Below are positions 9,057 through 17,867 of a DNA stretch of 58,531 nucleotides, piece after piece. The stretch is taken from positions 105,984 through 164,514 of the forward strand of contig JBDRJN010000002.1 of the NCBI GenBank assembly GCA_043814965.1, given 5' to 3'. The notes below the pieces were generated by a model that worked only from the letters and a program-made list of their open reading frames with translations, ran no database searches and was not told the DNA's origin. Source of the DNA: Candidatus Omnitrophota bacterium (GTDB taxonomy: Bacteria; Omnitrophota; Gorgyraeia; Gorgyraeales; Gorgyraeaceae). Position 1 is the first letter of the stretch. Every line of letters starts with the position of its first letter. The position numbers and the translations under genes were made by a program.

Positions 9057-9682
9057 AAGATATAATAAGCCAGTATAAACATAAAAGGGCTGAGATAAGA
9101 AAGAGGCTGAAAGAGTTTAAAGGCATATACAAGAAGAGCGATAGGCATATTTTTAGCGAGCTTTGTTTTTGTATACTAACGCCCCAGGCTAAGGCGATAT
9201 CGTGCGATAGGGCTATTAAAAGATTAGAAAAAAATTGCGTGCTTTTAAAAGGGTCAAAAGAAGAAATAAGGCCTTATCTAGAAGGAGTGAGGTTTCCGAA
9301 CAATAAGGCAGGCTATCTAGCCGAGGCCAGAAAGATCTTTAAAAATTATAAGGGTATAAAGATAAAGGACAAGATAGATACCAAAGATATTTTAAAGACC
9401 AGAGACTGGCTTGCTAACAACATAAAGGGTTTTGGGTATAAAGAAGCAAGCCATTTTTTAAGGAACATAGGTTTTGGTAAGGATCTTGCGATATTAGACA
9501 GGCACATACTTAAGAATCTCAAGAAATATGGTATAATAAAAAGGATACCAGGATCCTTAAGTAAAAAAGAATATCTATATATAGAAGAAAAGATGAAGGG
9601 ATTTTTCAAAAAACTGAATATATCCCTTGAGGAAATAGACCTCTTATTTTGGTCTAAAGAGACAGGGGTAATATTCAAATGA
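9053..9682 (+). CDS. ogg: 8-oxoguanine DNA glycosylase/lyase, Ogg2-type (HhH-GPD)
   Basis: ELCFCILTPQAKA and GYKEASHFLRNIGFGKDLAILDRHI motifs. ATGA overlap with the glutaredoxin gene. Confidence 0.8.
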   Translation: MKDIISQYKHKRAEIRKRLKEFKGIYKKSDRHIFSELCFCILTPQAKAISCDRAIKRLEKNCVLLKGSKEEIRPYLEGVRFPNNKAGYLAEARKIFKNYKGIKIKDKIDTKDILKTRDWLANNIKGFGYKEASHFLRNIGFGKDLAILDRHILKNLKKYGIIKRIPGSLSKKEYLYIEEKMKGFFKKLNISLEEIDLLFWSKETGVIFK

Positions 9683-9777
9683 TAAGGAGGGAGACATGAG
9701 GGTCACTATTAAATATATGCTTAGGCCTGTAGCTCATTGTAAAGAAGGCTGTAGTATCTTCTCCTGGGTAAGAGGTT

Positions 9778-9808
9778 AAACCCCGTGTACCAAATAGGGG
9801 TTTATTTC
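9778..9808 (+). terminator. weak intrinsic terminator after ogg
   Basis: 7-bp stem aaacccc/ggggttt followed by atttcg; the U-tract is poor. Confidence 0.35.
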
Positions 9809-9843
9809 GCTGCCAAGCAATTTTGGCGCGGGGTAAACTACCC

Positions 9844-9881
9844 ATTAATGCAGGGGACACTTAAGTGTCCCCTGCATTAAT
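9844..9881. repeat. 38-bp perfect palindrome of the AGGGGA..TTAA..TCCCCT class
   Basis: attaatgcaggggacactt|aagtgtcccctgcattaat, located 18 bp upstream of the GH5 start. Confidence 0.8.
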
Positions 9882-9899
9882 AATAGCCAACTATATCCT

Positions 9900-11102
9900 A
9901 TGAAAAAAAACATACCTTTTCTATATACCAAGAATGATATTATCCTGAAAAAAGACAACGCTGCTCCTTTTTTCCTTAGAGGAGTAAATCTGGGCGGTTG
10001 GCTCATGATGGAAGGGTATATTCTTTTTGGTAAAAATATCCCAGCTAAATCTTTTAAAGCCAATATGGTAAAGCACCATGGCCAGAATGGGCTAGAGGAA
10101 TTTCTATATGAATTCAGGAATAATTTTATAGGAGAAGAAGATTTCAAGCTAGTGAAGGAAAATGGTTTTAATTGTATAAGACTTCCATTTAACTCTAGTA
10201 TTTTAGAAGAGAATAACGGCATATCCTATCTTGATAAAGCAATAGACCTATGTGAAAGATATTCTATCTATTGTATATTGGATATGCATTCAGCGCCTGG
10301 CTGTCAGAACAAAGACTGGCACGGAGATAGCGATGGAGAGAGCCGCCTGTGGACTGATGATAGGTATCAGGAAAGATTTTTTGAACATTGGGAGATGTTA
10401 TCCGATAGGTTTAAAGGTAGAGAGATCGTAGCTGGCTATAATATCCTGAACGAGCCTGTAATAGATGATAATTCAAAGGATATACTCAGGAATTTTTATA
10501 AAGAGGCTGTCAAGCGCATAAGAAAGATAGATAAAGATCATATTATATTCCTGGAGGGCAATACCTGGTCACAGGACCTTGAAGCCATAGGAGAGCCGTT
10601 CGGAAACAACCTTTCTTATAGTATACATTATTACCATCCACTTGACCTTACTCACAATTTCGGCACTAGTCTAAAATACCCGGGCCATATCCAGGGTGAG
10701 GATTGGGACAAGGAAAAGATAAAAAGGTATATGGGGCTTTACCGTGATCTTAGCCAGAAATGGAAAGTACCTATATTTGCAGGGGAATTCGGGGTCAATC
10801 CAACATATTCAAGAGATAAAGGATGCATGGAGTGGCTGGGCGATGTATTAAGTATATTTAATGAATTTGGCTTTCATTGGACGTATTGGACATATAAGAC
10901 AATAGAGAACAATTTATTTCCAGCAGGGATCTATAGATATAATGAAAACCCTCCCTGGGTCAATCAAGAAGGGTCTATAAAAGGCTGGGAGAATTTTTAC
11001 TTTTTATGGAATAAGAGCAAAAAAGGCATCGTAGAGTCATGGAAGACTACTAATTTCCAAAAAGACCCGTCTCTATTTAATTTACTTGCCAAATACACCT
11101 AA
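9900..11102 (+). CDS. glycoside hydrolase family 5, no signal peptide
   Basis: NLGGWL, ILNEP (acid/base Glu) and GEFG (nucleophile Glu) motifs. Confidence 0.8.
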   Translation: MKKNIPFLYTKNDIILKKDNAAPFFLRGVNLGGWLMMEGYILFGKNIPAKSFKANMVKHHGQNGLEEFLYEFRNNFIGEEDFKLVKENGFNCIRLPFNSSILEENNGISYLDKAIDLCERYSIYCILDMHSAPGCQNKDWHGDSDGESRLWTDDRYQERFFEHWEMLSDRFKGREIVAGYNILNEPVIDDNSKDILRNFYKEAVKRIRKIDKDHIIFLEGNTWSQDLEAIGEPFGNNLSYSIHYYHPLDLTHNFGTSLKYPGHIQGEDWDKEKIKRYMGLYRDLSQKWKVPIFAGEFGVNPTYSRDKGCMEWLGDVLSIFNEFGFHWTYWTYKTIENNLFPAGIYRYNENPPWVNQEGSIKGWENFYFLWNKSKKGIVESWKTTNFQKDPSLFNLLAKYT

Positions 11103-11126
11103 GTTGTGATAAAATAACACCTCATT

Positions 11127-14100
11127 ATGGCTAAGAAAAAGACGACCTATTATATTGATCAAAAGGGGGAGTTTGTAATAGAAAACTACAACCTTTCAAG
11201 CCCTTTTTCTAACTTTTTACCTGGCATAGCAGGCTTGTTTGGGATACCTATGTGGGTATTTTATACCAATAGGGCGCAGTGCGTGTGCAGCTTTGGGATA
11301 AAAAGTAAGGATGAGTCCATAATGGAGTTTTTACCTGCCAACAGGGCTTATCAACTTACGTCTTCACAAGGGTTTAGGACATTTATTAAGATAAAAGACG
11401 GCAAAAAGACAAAGTTTTTTGAGCCTTTTAAGGCTCAATTGACCCCTGATTCCCTATCCATAGATCAGACGATGTATATTAATTCAAGCGAGCTTAGATT
11501 AGTTGAAAAAGCTCCTGAAGCAGGCCTTGAAACAGAAGTAACCTATTATACTATCCCAAATGAGCCTTTCGCAGCTCTCGTAAGAACAGTAAAATTCAAG
11601 AATATATCTAAAAAAGATATAAAGTTAGAGGTATTAGACGGCACACCTTTAATAATACCTTATGGGGTGAATAATTTCTTTTTAAAACAGATGAGGCGTA
11701 CTGTCGAGGCCTGGATGTGCGTAGAGAACTTAAGCAATAATGCCCCATTTTTTAGATTGAATGTAGATCCAAGCGATGTCTCTGAGGTAAGCGTTATAAA
11801 TGAAGGCAATTTTTATTTAGCCACACTTTCTAAGAATGGAAAAAGCGGAAACACCCTTCCCGTTGTCATAGAGCCTGAACTTATATTTGGACAGGTAAGC
11901 GATTTTATCTATCCAGCTAATTTCGTAAACAGTAAAAAATTCAATATCCCTCAAGTGCAGATGGGCGAGACAAAACTTCCGTGCGCCATGTCCTATTCTT
12001 CTTTTAAACTTAAAAAAGGAGAAGAAGTTGTCCTTTATTCTATTATTGGGCATATGGATTCTAAAGAAAAGCTCAATTTATTACTTAGCCGTGTAAATAA
12101 GAATAAGTTTTTTATAGATAAAAAAGAAGAAAATGAAAAGATCATTTATGACCTTCAAGATACGATGCTTACTAAAAGCGCTGAGAAGAAGTATGATACA
12201 TACTGCGCTCAGACATTCTTGGATAATGTATTAAGAGGAGGGTATCCAAAGAGCTGCAGTAAAGATGGTGATGTATTTTATGTATATTCTAGAAAACACG
12301 GAGACCTGGAAAGAGACTATAATAATTTTTATATCGATCCTACTTATTTTTCTCAAGGGAATGGTAATTTCAGGGACATGAATCAAAATAGGAGAAACGA
12401 TGTATTGTTTAATCCCGAGATAAAGGATTCTAATATAATACATTTTTATAATCTCCAGCAGTTAGATGGTTTTAATCCTTTGGTGTTGAAAGGTGTAAGG
12501 TTTAAGATAAAGGATATAGATAGATTAGAGGATATGTTTAAAGAAATAGAAGAGACAAAAACTATTAGAGAATTAAAAAAGCTATTCGAAGATAGTTTTA
12601 CCCCTGGTGAATTATTCATGAACTTAGAGAAAAAGGCTATATCAATAAAAATGCCATGGGATGAATTTTTATGTTTAGTCTTAAGGAACTCTGAGACATT
12701 TTATGAAGCAGACCATGTAGAAGGATTTTGGGTAGACCACTGGACATATAACCTTGATCTAGTAGAGAATTTTCTAACTGTCTATCCAGAAAAACTAAAA
12801 GAACTTTTATTAGCCAAAGAAGAATATACATTCTATGATAATATCTTTTATGTAAAACCAAGAAGAGATAAATGTATCTTAAACGGAAACAATAAAGTAA
12901 GGCAGTATCATTCTATAGCACGCGATAGGAAAAAGGCTGATAGTATAGAAAAGAGAAACATAAGCCCTTTTACTGTCAGGACAAAACATGGAGAAGGGGA
13001 GATATACAAGACAACCTTGCTTTCTAAAATGCTTTGTCTCACAGTAAATAAGATCTCAAGCCTTGATCCTCATGGCATAGGTATGGAGATGGAAGCTGAT
13101 AAGCCTGGATGGTGTGATGCTATAAATGGTTTGCCCGCTCTGTTTGGATCCAGTATGCCGGAGGTATTTGAATTAAAAAGGCAGATGGCTTTTATATTGG
13201 ATGCATTCAAGAACATGGACCTAGGAAATACCAGCAAGATCTTGCTCGCAAAAGAGATACATGATTTCATAAAGAGCATATATGAAGTTATCAAAAAAGA
13301 ATCTAAGGTATCTTCAAAGAAAAGAGACTTTTATTACTGGGATAAGAGTAGTGGTATAAAGGAGAAATATAGAGATGCTGTAAGATACGGCATAAGCGGT
13401 ACAGAAAAGACGATCTCTATAGATGAAGTAAAAAAGATCCTTAATGTATTCCTTTCAAAAGTAGATAGATCTATCAAGAAGGCGTATATTCCTTCCAAGA
13501 AGATATACAATACGTATTATATAAATGATGTAACAAAGTATCAGGTTATCGCTAAGGAGGCCCAAGGCGAAGAAAAGTCATTCGTAAAACCGCTCGAGTT
13601 CAAGAATTCTAAGATACCTTTATTTTTAGAAGGCGTTGTAAGGGCTATGAGGATAGAAAAGGATACAAAGAAAATAAGAAGTTTATATCAATCTGTTAAA
13701 AAATCAGGTTTATATGACAAAAAGCTTAAGATGTATAAGATAAATGAATCTTTAGAAGGCGTATCAAAAGAGATCGGGCGTACAAGCGTATTTGCACCCG
13801 GATGGCTTGAGAATGAATCTATATGGCTGCATATGGAATATAAATACATACTGGAACTTTTAAGAGCAGGCCTTTATAAAGAATTTTTTGAAGAATTTAA
13901 AAACGTACTTGTCCCTTTCCAGGACCCTAAAGTTTACGGAAGAAGTATATTTGAGAATTCATCATTTATAGCCTCAAGCGCGTTCCCGGATAAAAATATA
14001 CACGGGAAAGGATTTATTGCCCGTCTTAGCGGTTCGACTGCTGAAGTGCTTAATATATGGCTTATGATGAATATAGGGAAGAAGCCTTTCTTCTTAAACG

Positions 14101-14402
14101 AGAAAAAAGAGCTTAACCTGAGATTTTCTCCTATGCTTCCAGCATGGTTTTTTTCTAAAAAAGGACAATCCGGTATCTCAAAGAATACTTATGCGTTCAA
14201 GTTTTTAAATACTACAAGAGTTACTTATTATAACCCCAGGATGAAAGATACTGTCGGAAAGGATTCGGTAAAGACCCGTTTTATGGTATTAAGGTATAAT
14301 GACGGCAAAAAAGTAGAGATCAAAAAGGATATCATAGAATGGCCTTATTCTAAAGATGTAAGAGATAGATTAGTAAAAAGTATAGATATTTATTTAGGAT
14401 AA
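11127..14402 (+). CDS. large (1091 aa) glycoside phosphorylase-like protein (GH94/GH149/GH161-like); function tentative
   Basis: Long clean ORF tightly linked to the GH5 gene. GWCDAINGL and RLSGSTAE resemble the catalytic Asp and phosphate-site motifs of (alpha/alpha)6 phosphorylases. This rests on motif memory only. Confidence 0.45.
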   Translation: MAKKKTTYYIDQKGEFVIENYNLSSPFSNFLPGIAGLFGIPMWVFYTNRAQCVCSFGIKSKDESIMEFLPANRAYQLTSSQGFRTFIKIKDGKKTKFFEPFKAQLTPDSLSIDQTMYINSSELRLVEKAPEAGLETEVTYYTIPNEPFAALVRTVKFKNISKKDIKLEVLDGTPLIIPYGVNNFFLKQMRRTVEAWMCVENLSNNAPFFRLNVDPSDVSEVSVINEGNFYLATLSKNGKSGNTLPVVIEPELIFGQVSDFIYPANFVNSKKFNIPQVQMGETKLPCAMSYSSFKLKKGEEVVLYSIIGHMDSKEKLNLLLSRVNKNKFFIDKKEENEKIIYDLQDTMLTKSAEKKYDTYCAQTFLDNVLRGGYPKSCSKDGDVFYVYSRKHGDLERDYNNFYIDPTYFSQGNGNFRDMNQNRRNDVLFNPEIKDSNIIHFYNLQQLDGFNPLVLKGVRFKIKDIDRLEDMFKEIEETKTIRELKKLFEDSFTPGELFMNLEKKAISIKMPWDEFLCLVLRNSETFYEADHVEGFWVDHWTYNLDLVENFLTVYPEKLKELLLAKEEYTFYDNIFYVKPRRDKCILNGNNKVRQYHSIARDRKKADSIEKRNISPFTVRTKHGEGEIYKTTLLSKMLCLTVNKISSLDPHGIGMEMEADKPGWCDAINGLPALFGSSMPEVFELKRQMAFILDAFKNMDLGNTSKILLAKEIHDFIKSIYEVIKKESKVSSKKRDFYYWDKSSGIKEKYRDAVRYGISGTEKTISIDEVKKILNVFLSKVDRSIKKAYIPSKKIYNTYYINDVTKYQVIAKEAQGEEKSFVKPLEFKNSKIPLFLEGVVRAMRIEKDTKKIRSLYQSVKKSGLYDKKLKMYKINESLEGVSKEIGRTSVFAPGWLENESIWLHMEYKYILELLRAGLYKEFFEEFKNVLVPFQDPKVYGRSIFENSSFIASSAFPDKNIHGKGFIARLSGSTAEVLNIWLMMNIGKKPFFLNEKKELNLRFSPMLPAWFFSKKGQSGISKNTYAFKFLNTTRVTYYNPRMKDTVGKDSVKTRFMVLRYNDGKKVEIKKDIIEWPYSKDVRDRLVKSIDIYLG

Positions 14403-14405
14403 CAA

Positions 14406-15134
14406 ATGCATTTTTTAAATCTGGACCCCTCTCTAGTCACTTTATATATTACAGCATTAACATTAGGTTTTGTACATACTGTTTTTGGCCCTGATCATTA
14501 TGTTCCATTTATTGTAATGAGTAAGGCAAGGAAGTGGTCTCTGACAAAGACTGTCTTGTTAACGTTTGTCTGTGGCATTGGACATGTTGCAAGTTCAATT
14601 GTTATAGGTCTGGTAGGGATAGCCTTTGGCATTTGCGTTATGAGACTAGAAGCATTAGAGGCATTTCGAGGAAACATAGCGGGGTGGGCATTAATTGTAT
14701 TTGGTTTTACTTATTTTATATGGGGTTTACATCAGGCTTTTAAGAATAAACCGCACAAGCACATACATACTCATTCAGATTCTACTCTTCATGCGCATAC
14801 CCATTCTCATATTAGTGAACATGCTCATGTTCATCATGAAGAAGGCAAAACTAATATTACTCCATGGGTGCTTTTTACTATTTTTGTCCTTGGCCCATGT
14901 GAACCTCTAATACCCATCTTAATGTATCCAGCCTTAAGGCTTAGCGCAGGAGGGGTAGTGATAGTAGCTGTATTGTTCAGCGCTACTACTATTCTTACTA
15001 TGCTTGGTATGGTTATTATCCTTTATAAAGGGATCAGTTTTGTCCCTTTGAAGAGATTAGAACGCTACACTCATGCCTTGGCTGGGGCGACTATTTGTCT
15101 ATGTGGGTTAGCGATCCAGTTTTTGGGGTTATAG
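14406..15134 (+). CDS. metal-ion (Ni/Co-type) transporter-like membrane protein with His-rich loop
   Basis: HTVFGPDH motif in TM1 and a central HKHIHTHSDSTLHAHTHSHISEHAHVHHEE loop; about 6 TM segments. Confidence 0.6.
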   Translation: MHFLNLDPSLVTLYITALTLGFVHTVFGPDHYVPFIVMSKARKWSLTKTVLLTFVCGIGHVASSIVIGLVGIAFGICVMRLEALEAFRGNIAGWALIVFGFTYFIWGLHQAFKNKPHKHIHTHSDSTLHAHTHSHISEHAHVHHEEGKTNITPWVLFTIFVLGPCEPLIPILMYPALRLSAGGVVIVAVLFSATTILTMLGMVIILYKGISFVPLKRLERYTHALAGATICLCGLAIQFLGL

Positions 15135-15141
15135 AGAAGGG

Positions 15142-16023
15142 TTAATACCCAAGATTCTTTAGCATAAATGCATCCTTACGCCAGTTTTCCTTGACCTTCA
15201 CCCATAGATCTAGGAATATCTTTTTTTTGAGAAATGGCTCTATTTCTTCTCTTGAGATCTGTCCTATTTTTTTTAACATGCTGCCATTTTTACCTATTAT
15301 AATTGATTTTTGGCTGTCTTTTTCTACGTAGATGTCGGCCCTTATATAGTAGATTTCATTATTTAATTTGTCTTTTCTTATCTCCATCTCTTCGACTAAT
15401 ACTGCTATGGAATGGGGCACTTCTTGATGGGCTAGCCGTAGTATCTTTTCCCTTATTAATTCCTGAACGATAAAACGCTCGCTCTTGTCGCTCAATTGGT
15501 CTTCCGGAAAAATGGGGTATCCTTCGGGTAGATAAAGCAATATATTCTGGAACACTATATCAGTGCCATTTTTGCGTGATGCTGATATAGGAATGATCTC
15601 TTTAAAGGAGAATCTAGTAGCTTCTTCGATTATGGGCAAGATCAGGCCTGTCTCTATCCTGTCTATCTTATTTATTATGAGAAAGCTTGTCTTATCAGAG
15701 ATGTCCCCGAATATTCTTTTGTCTTCTTGTGTTATCCCGGAGTAGGCATCGATAAGTACAAGTATAATGTCAACTTCTAAGAATGTGGAAGAGGCCCTTC
15801 TCACCATTGATCTACCAAGAAGCGTCTTCGGCTTATGTAAGCCAGGTGTGTCAATGAAGACTACTTGAAAATCTTTCCCAGATATTATGCCTTGTATATT
15901 GTCCCTTGTGGTCTCAGGCTTGCTGGAGACAATACAGAGCTTTTCTTTTATGAGGACATTTAGAAGCGTTGATTTGCCTACATTAGGCCTTCCGATGATT
16001 GCGACTTTACCAGCTTTGAACAT
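15142..16023 (-). CDS. era: GTPase Era
   Basis: GRPNVGKSTLLN (G1), DTPG (G3), NKID (G4) and a C-terminal KH domain. Confidence 0.92.
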   Translation of the reverse strand: MFKAGKVAIIGRPNVGKSTLLNVLIKEKLCIVSSKPETTRDNIQGIISGKDFQVVFIDTPGLHKPKTLLGRSMVRRASSTFLEVDIILVLIDAYSGITQEDKRIFGDISDKTSFLIINKIDRIETGLILPIIEEATRFSFKEIIPISASRKNGTDIVFQNILLYLPEGYPIFPEDQLSDKSERFIVQELIREKILRLAHQEVPHSIAVLVEEMEIRKDKLNNEIYYIRADIYVEKDSQKSIIIGKNGSMLKKIGQISREEIEPFLKKKIFLDLWVKVKENWRKDAFMLKNLGY

Positions 16024-16077
16024 GGGTATATTATATATGGCTTTCGGGCTTTATGGAAGTATTTAATGAAAAGGCAT

Positions 16078-16350
16078 TAGCAAGGCTTTCCTATAAGCTC
16101 AAATGAAAATTTTCTCCTTATTAGTTTTTCTGATAGCGAGAGTCTTTCAAAAAGACGTTCGGCCAAAATTGGTGATTTGTAGGTGTGGGCCTCACTCAGC
16201 TTTATTTTGACAGGCAGTCTAGATTGTAATTTGTTGAGATTCTATTTCGCAAAATAAAAACGCTTTTTTCAAGGCCTCTCGCTATCAGAAAAACTAACGA
16301 ACATTACATAAATAAAAGACTAAATTCGCTTATAGGAAAGCCTTACTATG
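16078..16350. mobile_element. composite palindromic element: family 1 termini (inverted relative to copies a/b) enclosing a family 2 element
   Basis: Termini tagcaaggctttcctataagc / gcttataggaaagccttacta. The interior at 16122..16296 has perfect 21-bp inverted termini tagtttttctgatagcgagag / ctctcgctatcagaaaaacta and aligns with 28268..28433. Confidence 0.7.
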
Positions 16351-16368
16351 CCATAACTAGCTTGTTCA

Positions 16369-16420
16369 ATAACTGTAAGTAGTAGGGGAGCTTTAAAGCT
16401 CCCCTACTACTTACAGTTAT
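16369..16420. repeat. 52-bp perfect palindrome sharing a 24-nt core with 22666..22707
   Basis: ataactgtaagtagtaggggagcttt|aaagctcccctactacttacagttat. Confidence 0.85.
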
Positions 16421-16444
16421 AAGTAACATTTGGTAAGTCTTAGT

Positions 16445-16535
16445 TAGCCCTGGCAAGCCTAAAGAAAAGCGGCACCGAGCGAAGATTACCACGCTGGGGC
16501 AATCGAGCGTCTTTTCTTTAGGCTTGCCAGGGCTA
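16445..16535. mobile_element. palindromic element, family 4, copy a
   Basis: Perfect 25-bp inverted termini tagccctggcaagcctaaagaaaag / cttttctttaggcttgccagggcta around the core gagcgaag..cgctggggca..gagcgtctttt. Confidence 0.7.
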
Positions 16536-16635
16536 GCTAACAATATAAGCGGTAATTAAAAAGAGCTTGCTTTTCTGGATATAGATGTCTTATCATAATG
16601 TGACGGTATGAAAATATGAAAAACGGAGGATAAAT

Positions 16636-17055
16636 ATGAACGCTTTTTATTTTGCAATTCTTACAGCACTTGTGTGGGGATGTGTACCGATATTAGAGAA
16701 AGCAGGCCTTATGAGGATAGACCCTATGCCAGGGCTTTTTTTGAGGGTATTTGGCGTAGCGACAGGCCTTATCGTCTTGTCAATTTTTAATATACAGGCC
16801 CTTAAGACTGCATTGAAGGCAGATCTTCGGACTATAAGCCTCATTATGCTGGGAGGATTTTTGGCAAGTGTAGTAGGGCAGATGTTCTTTTATCATGCCT
16901 TAAAAAGCGGAGAGGCATCGAAGGTCGTGCCGATATCGGGAACATATCCATTGGTATCATTTTTATTAGGAGTGATCTTTCTGGGGGAAAGCCTTACCAT
17001 ATCCAAGGGGTTTGGAGTTTTGCTGGTAGTGGCTGGATTATTCCTGCTTCGTTAA
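16636..17055 (+). CDS. EamA-domain (DMT superfamily) small membrane protein
   Basis: 139 aa with 4-5 hydrophobic helices and an EamA-like GEASKVVPI motif. Confidence 0.6.
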   Translation: MNAFYFAILTALVWGCVPILEKAGLMRIDPMPGLFLRVFGVATGLIVLSIFNIQALKTALKADLRTISLIMLGGFLASVVGQMFFYHALKSGEASKVVPISGTYPLVSFLLGVIFLGESLTISKGFGVLLVVAGLFLLR

Positions 17056-17532
17056 AGGCTTTTTGTCCGGGGCTATATCTTCAATGACTTCTTTTTTGAT
17101 ATTGGTATAAATATTACTTTTATCTATAATAATTTCAAGCTTTCCATCCGAGTCAGTATCCCTTTCTAGCTTTACGATCTTTCCATCTTGATAAGTAGTC
17201 CTTTGGTCCAGCGCGCCATCGTAGTTAGTATCTATTTCAAGCTTTGTGCGTTGGCCGTATTCATAGTAAGATGTCATATCCACTGTTCCATCAAAATTCA
17301 GGTCAGCCTCAATGGTTTTTTTGCCTTTTTCGCTATAGTTTATCCATAAGTCTATCTTACCGTCATAGTCTCTGTCGGTTTCTATTTTTTTAGGCCTGTT
17401 CTCCTCTGTATATAACCAGAAATCAGTCTTGCCATCGCTATTTTTATCTTCTTCTTTGAGTTCTAACGCATAAAGAGGGCTCGAGAGAGAGTAAATCAGT
17501 ATTATTATACCCAATAAAATTGATTTATGCAT
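17038..17532 (-). CDS. secreted repeat protein with DxDxDG Ca-binding-like motifs
   Basis: Signal peptide, then five repeats of about 22 aa (NSDGKTDFW, DRDYDGKIDLW, DLNFDGTVDM, DTNYDGALD, DTDSDGKLE). Confidence 0.6.
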   Translation of the reverse strand: MHKSILLGIIILIYSLSSPLYALELKEEDKNSDGKTDFWLYTEENRPKKIETDRDYDGKIDLWINYSEKGKKTIEADLNFDGTVDMTSYYEYGQRTKLEIDTNYDGALDQRTTYQDGKIVKLERDTDSDGKLEIIIDKSNIYTNIKKEVIEDIAPDKKPLTKQE

Positions 17533-17660
17533 ATTTGCTTATTCCTTTGAATTATGATAAAATCTCACTAATACTTCTAATATTATATATTAGCTTGTAT
17601 ATTAATGCAATTAGATAAGAAATTAAGAGTTATTATTCAAATATTTAGGTAATAGTTATA

Positions 17661-17809
17661 ACTAGCCGGCAAGCCTAAAGGAAAGCATTGCCGGTTCGAG
17701 CGGGCACGGTGTCCGCCAAGATTTATGGCGGACGAGCAAGAAGCGGCGTCGAGTGAAGGCTGCCGCGCTGGGGCAGCCAAACGTCTTTTCTTTAGGCTTG
17801 CCAGCTAGT
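17661..17809. mobile_element. palindromic element, family 4, copy b (longer interior)
   Basis: Termini actagccggcaagcctaaaggaaag / cttttctttaggcttgccagctagt. Same cgctggggca core, plus the hairpin gtccgccaagatttatggcggac (17711..17733). Confidence 0.65.
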
Positions 17810-17867
17810 AAAATTTGTCATATTATCTAACATCACCGAAACATTATAGTATAGAAATAAGGTGTAT

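Noticed and set aside
9716-9800. tRNA-like start (ggcctgtagctcattg) in the ogg/GH5 spacer
   Set aside because: No acceptor-stem complement, no canonical D-arm closure, and no GTTCGAATC-type T-arm. It cannot be folded into a cloverleaf on either strand.
14534-14910. Plus-strand ORFs 14534..14743 and 14695..14910
   Set aside because: They are alternative frames inside the His-rich membrane transporter gene, with no independent support.
16346-16543. Track ORFs 16346..16543 (-), 22429..22638 (+) and 9675..9860 (-)
   Set aside because: They lie entirely within palindromic repeat elements or hairpin-rich spacers, have no RBS, and their sequences are repeat-derived.
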